Assembly (NCBI GenBank): GCA_028693335.1
Contig: JAQUVR010000053.1
Location: 1 to 5,130, forward strand
Reading direction: 5' to 3'
From: Candidatus Iainarchaeum sp.
GTDB taxonomy: Archaea; Iainarchaeota; Iainarchaeia; Iainarchaeales; CSSED10-239
Length of the DNA stretch: 5,130 nt
The position numbers and the translations under genes were made by a program. Of the stretch, positions 1-4,275 are shown in pieces (the first letter of the stretch is position 1; every line of letters starts with the position of its first letter). The notes below the pieces were generated by a model that saw nothing but the letters and a program-made list of their open reading frames with translations, ran no database searches and had not been told where the DNA came from.

Positions 1-56
1 TATATTTATAATTGTTTTTATTAATTAATTATTTATTTAATTATATAGGGATAAAT

Positions 57-287
57 ATGGGAACAATAACAATATCTTTAGACAAAAAATCCGAAAACAA
101 ATTGAGAGATTGCGCAACAATTATATATGGATCTAAAAAAAATGCACTAAGTAAAACCATAACTTTAGCTATAGAAAAATTAGAAGAAGAAAATATCAGA
201 AAAAAAAACATTTTAGAAGACTGTTTAGAAAATCCTGTAAAAGTAAAGGGAAAAATACCAAAAACAAGAGATGAATTATATGACTGA
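57..287 (+). CDS. vapB: Ribbon-helix-helix (CopG/Arc/MetJ-like) antitoxin, VapB-like, 76 aa
   Basis: ATG at 57 lies in frame within the 12..287 ORF. GGG at 48-50 sits 6 nt upstream and is weakly SD-like. MGTITISLD, then KSENKLRDCATI, then ALSKTITLAIEKL fits a strand-helix-helix RHH pattern. A charged C-terminal tail (KVKGKIPKTRDELYD) follows. The 3' end overlaps the downstream PIN gene, which is typical toxin-antitoxin coupling. Confidence 0.6.
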   Translation: MGTITISLDKKSENKLRDCATIIYGSKKNALSKTITLAIEKLEEENIRKKNILEDCLENPVKVKGKIPKTRDELYD

Positions 288-696
288 TAGATTTCTTATT
301 GATTCTAACATATTAGTTTATGCATTTACAAACATAAATCCAAAAAAACAAAAAAAAGCAAAAGAAATTATCTATAAGGCAAGAGACTCTACTCTTGGAT
401 ATATTAGCAAACAAAATATTATTGAACTAATCAACACCAACAAAAAATTTTCAAAAAATCTTTCTAACAAAGAATTACAAAAGATTATTACTGGATTAGA
501 ATCTTTAAAAATAATTGATTATTCCACAACCACAATAAAAAAAGCATTAGATATACAAACACAAACTAATATTGGTTTTTTTGATTCATTAATAATACAA
601 ACAATGATAGAAAATAACATATTTGTAATATTTACTGAAAATGAAAAAGATTTTAAAAAAACAAAAAATTTTTCAGTAATTAATCCATTTAAATAA
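271..696 (+). CDS. vapC: PIN-domain ribonuclease toxin (VapC-like)
   Basis: The PIN acidic positions are all present in the expected order: FLIDSNIL (N-terminal Asp), NIIELI (Glu), FFDSLIIQT (Asp) and TENEKDF (C-terminal acidic). The size (about 140 aa) fits, and the gene sits directly downstream of an RHH gene that it overlaps. An alternative start at ATG 280 is preceded by the SD-like gagatga (267-273) with 6-nt spacing, and it would give an 8-nt overlap instead of 17 nt. Confidence 0.72.
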   Translation: MNYMTDRFLIDSNILVYAFTNINPKKQKKAKEIIYKARDSTLGYISKQNIIELINTNKKFSKNLSNKELQKIITGLESLKIIDYSTTTIKKALDIQTQTNIGFFDSLIIQTMIENNIFVIFTENEKDFKKTKNFSVINPFK

Positions 697-717
697 AATC
701 AAATTCTTAAAATTTAC

Positions 718-734
718 AAAAAAACTATTTTTTT
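718..734. terminator. Back-to-back oligo-T tracts, a possible bidirectional archaeal-type terminator zone
   Basis: T7 on the plus strand at 728-734 lies downstream of the vapC stop (696). A7 at 718-724 reads as T7 on the minus strand immediately after the TAG stop (725-727) of the candidate minus-strand small ORF. Archaeal RNA polymerase terminates at oligo-T runs. Such runs are common in this AT-rich DNA, so specificity is low. Confidence 0.3.
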
Positions 735-901
735 CTTTTCCGAGATTTTCTTTCCATTTCGTTTTTGATGACCCTCTTTTTGAAAAAAATTCTGCGTGTC
801 AACTGAGCGACCACATTCTTCTTTCCCGAGGCTTTCTTTTTAAGAAAGGCTCCAGTGGACAACACCCCCCCTCCAAAAATGACCCCTAAATTAAAGATCA
901 T
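725..901 (-). CDS. Candidate 58-aa small protein with a hydrophobic Gly-rich N-terminal segment and a polybasic tail. The alternative reading is a structured non-coding RNA.
   Basis: Hand translation of the minus strand gives ATG (complement of 899-901) to TAG (complement of 725-727): MIFNLGVIFGGGVLSTGAFLKKKASGKKNVVAQLTRRIFFKKRVIKNEMERKSRKRKK. The ORF is absent from the supplied track, probably because it is under 60 aa. The sense strand is purine-rich like the other genes here, and a T7 run follows the stop. Against coding: there are GC-rich codons that look atypical for this DNA (GGG, CGC, CGG, TCG, GCC), there is no clear SD, and I recognise no family. Confidence 0.4.
   Translation of the reverse strand: MIFNLGVIFGGGVLSTGAFLKKKASGKKNVVAQLTRRIFFKKRVIKNEMERKSRKRKK
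735..755. repeat. Direct repeat copy A (cttttccgagattttctttcc)
   Basis: Matches 821-841 at 16 of 21 positions, sharing the cores ccgag and tttcttt. The 86-nt offset is not a multiple of 3. Confidence 0.5.
821..841. repeat. Direct repeat copy B (ctttcccgaggctttcttttt)
   Basis: Matches 735-755 at 16 of 21 positions. It overlaps the 5' arm of the 828-852 hairpin. Confidence 0.5.
828..852. repeat. Inverted repeat / hairpin: 3 bp, a 1x1 mismatch, then 7 bp, with a 3-nt loop
   Basis: ctttctt (832-838) pairs with aagaaag (842-848) around the loop ttt (839-841). The outer gag (828-830) pairs with ctc (850-852) across a G831xG849 mismatch. The hairpin can form in transcripts of either strand. Confidence 0.55.
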
Positions 902-934
902 AATATATAATATTTAAATTTAAAAAGAGAAAAT
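902..934. promoter_or_regulatory. 33-nt divergent spacer with TATA-like boxes for radC (plus strand) and possibly the 725-901 unit (minus strand)
   Basis: atatataa at 903-910 lies about 25-30 nt upstream of the radC ATG (935), consistent with a short-leader or leaderless archaeal transcript. tttaaatttaaaaa at 913-926 reads as a TATA-like tttttaaa on the minus strand, about 20-25 nt upstream of the minus-strand ATG at 901. AT-rich background makes this weak evidence. Confidence 0.25.
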
Positions 935-1609
935 ATGAAACTTAAAGACTATTGCCCAGAAAATCGACCGCTTGAAAGATTAATCTATTATGGTTCAGAA
1001 ACATTATCAACTTCTGAATTACTAGCAATAATAATAAAAACAGGAACAAAAGAAAATAATGTTCTGTCGTTATCAAATATTATTTTAAGTAAATTTAATT
1101 TAGAAAAACTATCACAAGTAACTATAAAAGAATTACAAGAAATAAAAGGTATTGGAAAAACCAAAGCAGCACAAATAAAAGCAATCTTTGAAATTTCTAA
1201 AAGAATCTCTTGCTATAAGCCAGATTATTTGACAAAAATATTTAGCCCAAAAGACATCTATAATTACCTAATTAGTGATTATCTTAATTACCCAAAAGAA
1301 AAATTAATTGTAACTTGTCTTAATTTAAAAAATGAAATAATTTCTAAAAAAATAATTTCTATTGGTACAGAAGATCAAACACTTTTTTCAACAAAAGAAA
1401 TTATTAATTTTGCAGTCAGAGAAGGTGCAAATGGAATAATTATTTCTCATAATCACCCAGCTGGTGTTGCTATTCCATCAACATATGACAAGGTAGCAAC
1501 TGATAATTTAAAAAAAGCGTGTAAAATTATAGATATCCAGTTTATAGATCATCTTATATTTAGTGATTCTGGATTCTATAGTTTTAAAGAAAATAAAGAA
1601 TTAGAATAA
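935..1609 (+). CDS. radC: RadC-like JAB/MPN-domain protein (UPF0758 family) with an N-terminal helix-hairpin-helix region
   Basis: The N-terminus (ENRPLERLIYYGSETLSTSELLAIIIKTGTKENNVL) and the HhH motif (IKGIGKTKAAQI) match the canonical RadC/YicR layout. The C-terminal JAMM-type motif is EGANGIIISHNHPAGVAIPSTYDKVAT (E...HxHPxG...S..D). The length, 224 aa, matches full-length RadC. Confidence 0.9.
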   Translation: MKLKDYCPENRPLERLIYYGSETLSTSELLAIIIKTGTKENNVLSLSNIILSKFNLEKLSQVTIKELQEIKGIGKTKAAQIKAIFEISKRISCYKPDYLTKIFSPKDIYNYLISDYLNYPKEKLIVTCLNLKNEIISKKIISIGTEDQTLFSTKEIINFAVREGANGIIISHNHPAGVAIPSTYDKVATDNLKKACKIIDIQFIDHLIFSDSGFYSFKENKELE

Positions 1610-2251
1610 AAATAAATTAAAAAAACTAACAACAGCCATAAAAATTAAAAAAAGAATAACCACAATACTACCTAAAAATGCAGATTGGTTAAAATTTATG
1701 TAATTGGTTTTTGTTAGTTTGGAAATTAAGTAAAATGTTAAGATTGCTGTAACTAATAGGACATAAGATCCAACTAATGTAAGTAAACTTAAAAAAGCAC
1801 CATTAAAGAATGCTCTTAATAACACAAGAGAAACAATAAAAAAGATTATTATTGTTGCAACAACTCCGCCTAATAGTGCCCTGGATAAAAAATTATTTTT
1901 TTTACCAAATGGATCATATATAAAATATCCTAATATTATTGCATTAAACATAATTAATGTAGAATAATCAATATTTCTTTCAAGCACCATTAACAAGATA
2001 AACAAAACAAAAGTTAATGACCCTAAAATAACAGTTATAGATTTTAACCACTTTTTATCAAAAACAGATTTTTTTTCTGGTATTGTGATTTGTGGTGTTA
2101 TTTTTTTTACCATGACTTTTGTTTTTGGTGTTGTTTTTTTTGGTACACTTTTTAAATTTGGTTTAACTACTTTCTTTTTTGTAGTTTTATTAATAACCTT
2201 TGTACTTTTTTTAGAAGAACTTATTTTTTTTGTTTCTTTTTTCAATATCAT
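1601..2251 (-). CDS. Hypothetical integral membrane protein with about 65 aa of Lys/Thr/Pro-rich low-complexity N-terminus and about 5 predicted TM helices
   Basis: A 216-aa ORF. The N-terminus (KKETKKISSSKKSTKVINKTTKKKVVKPNLKSVPKKTTPKTKVMVKK) is highly basic. It is followed by hydrophobic segments: ITVILGSLTFVLFILLMVL, LIMFNAIILGYFIY, LLGGVVATIIIFFIVSLVLL, LSLLTLVGSYVLLVTAILTFYLI and FLGSIVVILFLIFMAVVSFF. GGTGA abuts the ATG directly, which is atypically short spacing. I recognise no family motif. Confidence 0.65.
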   Translation of the reverse strand: MILKKETKKISSSKKSTKVINKTTKKKVVKPNLKSVPKKTTPKTKVMVKKITPQITIPEKKSVFDKKWLKSITVILGSLTFVLFILLMVLERNIDYSTLIMFNAIILGYFIYDPFGKKNNFLSRALLGGVVATIIIFFIVSLVLLRAFFNGAFLSLLTLVGSYVLLVTAILTFYLISKLTKTNYINFNQSAFLGSIVVILFLIFMAVVSFFNLFLF

Positions 2252-2299
2252 TCACCTTTTATTACTAATTATATTTAGTTACAAATATTTATAAATTTA

Positions 2300-3394
2300 T
2301 TATATTTTATAATTTTTCAAAAAATCAGACTTAAACTTACTAAAAGTTCCATCCTCTATATTTTTTCTGGCATCTTCCATTAATCTATGAAGAAATCTAA
2401 CATTATGTTCTGATAAAAGAATCTTTGCAGCAGCCTCATTAAGTCTATAAAGATGATGTAAATAAGCTATTGTGTGATTTTTACAAGCATAACAATCACA
2501 ATCATCTTCTATTGGTTTAAATAAATGCGCATTATAACTTTTACCAATCTTTAAAATGCCCTTTCTTGTAAATATAACACCATGTCTTGCCATTTTTGTT
2601 GGGTAAATAGAATCAAAACAATCTACTCCTTTTTCTATTGAAATTATCATATCTTGTGGAGAACCAACGCCCATTAAATATTTTATTTTTTCTTTATCTA
2701 AATGTTCTAAAGAATAATCAATAGCTTTATACATTCGGTCTTTACTTTCACCAATAGCAAGACCACCAATAGCAAGACCATCAAATCCCATATCATTAAT
2801 TGCAAGAGCACATTCTTTTCTTAGATCTTTATATACTCCACCTTGAACAATTCCAAAAACTTTTTGAGATTTGTTTTTATGAGAATCAAGACATCTTTTT
2901 GCCCAATCAATGGTTCTTTTGGTTGCATCTTCAAATTCTTTTTTTGAGTGATCTGGTCCAAGAACATGATCTAAAACCATAGCAACATCAGAACCTATAA
3001 TATTTTGATTTTCCATTAGTTTTTCTGGAGATATAAAATGTTCTTTACCACAAAAAGGGGATCTAAATCTAACACCTTTATCATTCAATGAAACTAAAAA
3101 CTCTGGATCTAATAATTGAAAACCACCAGAATCAGTAAAAATTGGTTTTTGCCAATTTATAAAATTATGATATCCATTTGCTTTTTTTATTGTCTCTAGA
3201 CCGGGTTTAAGATATAATAAATACGCATTTGAAATAAAACACTGGGTTTTAAGACTTTCTAAAGAATTAAAAGTCAAAAACTTACCAGCACCTTTAGTGA
3301 CTACTGGCATATAAAAAGGAGTTTTTACTTTTCCGTGAGTTGTTTTAAGTATTCCTGTTCTTGCAAGGTGATCTTCTTTTTCTATTTTAAACAT
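2300..3394 (-). CDS. tgt: tRNA-guanine transglycosylase, bacterial queuosine-type (Tgt-like), catalytic TIM-barrel domain only
   Basis: Colinear with E. coli Tgt as I recall it. Block-by-block comparison, this protein vs E. coli: KPIFTDSGGFQ vs GPILTDSGGFQ; FGIVQGGVYKDLR vs FGIIQGSVYEDLR; GFDGLAIGGLAIGES vs GFDGYAVGGLAVGEP; KYLMGVGSPQDM vs RYLMGVGKPEDL; GVDCFDSIYPTKMARHG vs GIDMFDCVMPTRNARNG. The zinc site is CDCYACKNHTIAYLHHL plus the downstream EHN His. Length is 364 aa. Confidence 0.9.
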   Translation of the reverse strand: MFKIEKEDHLARTGILKTTHGKVKTPFYMPVVTKGAGKFLTFNSLESLKTQCFISNAYLLYLKPGLETIKKANGYHNFINWQKPIFTDSGGFQLLDPEFLVSLNDKGVRFRSPFCGKEHFISPEKLMENQNIIGSDVAMVLDHVLGPDHSKKEFEDATKRTIDWAKRCLDSHKNKSQKVFGIVQGGVYKDLRKECALAINDMGFDGLAIGGLAIGESKDRMYKAIDYSLEHLDKEKIKYLMGVGSPQDMIISIEKGVDCFDSIYPTKMARHGVIFTRKGILKIGKSYNAHLFKPIEDDCDCYACKNHTIAYLHHLYRLNEAAAKILLSEHNVRFLHRLMEDARKNIEDGTFSKFKSDFLKNYKI

Positions 3395-3431
3395 AATATA
3401 TCACAATTACTGTCCAACAAATAGTGTTAAT

Positions 3432-4265
3432 TTAAAAAACAAATCCAAAAAAGATCAAAACAAATAAAGCGCCTAATAAAATATATGGCCCAAATCTAGG
3501 CAGATTATCATATATGGGAACAACTCTAATAGACGTCTTTTTTGATAATTCTTTAATTCTCTTTATGTCTTTATTTTCTAAAACATTTATTTTTTCTAAT
3601 TTATATTTTTTAATAAAAGTAAATGACATAAACTCTTTTGCAAGAACGTCCCCTTCTTCAAGTTTGGTTATTGCTTTTTTTCTTAAATAAATATATTGCT
3701 TAATCTCTTTTTCTACAATAATTATTAGCGATCCAAAAAACATTGGAAGAAGTGATAAATAAATCCATTTGTTCATTCCTCTAATCTCAATTGCAAAATA
3801 CAAAAAAAAGAAATATAATAAAAATAAAGATAAAGATTTAAATATTAAAAATTTTCTTTGAAATATCTTTGAGGTTATTTTTTTTTGTTTAATTAGTTTA
3901 AATAAATAAATAATTGAAACAATCAAAACAGATAACATAGATGCAAAAATTAAAACCCACAAAAAAAACAGCTCACCATTAAAATATGGCAAAATTAGAT
4001 TAATTCCCATAAACAACTTAATATCTCCACCACCTAATTTACCTAAGTTGTAAAATATTAAACCAATTAAATAAATTGCAACAGTTATTCCTATTGTTGT
4101 TAGTAATGGATATAAAGACATAGAAAATATATTAATAATTAAACCAATAATAATTAATGGAATAGATATCCAATCATAAATATATCCTGTTTTATGATCT
4201 GTGTATGCTGCAACACCACAAGCAATCAATAGAATAATTATCCTTAAATATAAAATATCAAACAT
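3432..4265 (-). CDS. Archaeal type IV prepilin/preflagellin signal peptidase (peptidase A24, FlaK/PibD/EppA-like)
   Basis: A polytopic membrane protein with the two catalytic Asp motifs of A24 aspartyl peptidases: AAYTDHKTGYIYD (Asp23) and KLGGGDIKLF (GxGD, Asp81). It also has the conserved C-terminal LPRFGPYILLG. There is no N-terminal methyltransferase domain. A soluble insert of about 60 aa (EKEIKQY...IRVVPIYDN) precedes the last helix, as in archaeal A24 enzymes. Confidence 0.85.
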   Translation of the reverse strand: MFDILYLRIIILLIACGVAAYTDHKTGYIYDWISIPLIIIGLIINIFSMSLYPLLTTIGITVAIYLIGLIFYNLGKLGGGDIKLFMGINLILPYFNGELFFLWVLIFASMLSVLIVSIIYLFKLIKQKKITSKIFQRKFLIFKSLSLFLLYFFFLYFAIEIRGMNKWIYLSLLPMFFGSLIIIVEKEIKQYIYLRKKAITKLEEGDVLAKEFMSFTFIKKYKLEKINVLENKDIKRIKELSKKTSIRVVPIYDNLPRFGPYILLGALFVLIFFGFVF

Positions 4266-4275
4266 GTTTTTACAC

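Noticed and set aside
12-56. N-terminal extension of the antitoxin ORF from a TTG at 12 (MFLLINYLFNYIGIN...)
   Set aside because: The extension is AT-rich, promoter-like sequence that translates to a hydrophobic junk-like peptide. The in-frame ATG at 57 begins directly at the RHH beta-strand and has a G-rich patch at suitable spacing.
766-806. Possible C/D-box sRNA on the plus strand (tgatga at 766-771, ctga at 803-806)
   Set aside because: The C-to-D spacing of 31 nt leaves no convincing internal D' or C' boxes. There is no terminal stem, and the purine before UGAUGA is missing. Box-like hexamers and tetramers are expected by chance.
768-885. Repeated heptamer atgaccc (768-774 and 879-885)
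   Set aside because: A single 7-mer recurring within about 180 nt is roughly what chance predicts, and the flanks do not extend the match.
735-890. tRNA, 5S rRNA or SRP RNA in the GC-elevated island
   Set aside because: I found no GTTCRAATC-type T-loop, no acceptor/D/anticodon cloverleaf pairing, and no recognisable 5S or SRP RNA conserved segments on either strand.
2085-2294. 69-aa plus-strand ORF (MICGVIFFTMTFVFGVVFF...)
   Set aside because: It lies antisense to the Lys-rich N-terminal region of the 1601-2251 gene, where AAA/AAG codons read as TTT/CTT on the other strand. It is a Phe-rich shadow ORF with no independent signal.
2800-2982. 60-aa plus-strand ORF inside tgt
   Set aside because: It is entirely antisense to a confidently identified, motif-rich tgt coding region. 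It has no recognisable motifs and is just at the length threshold.
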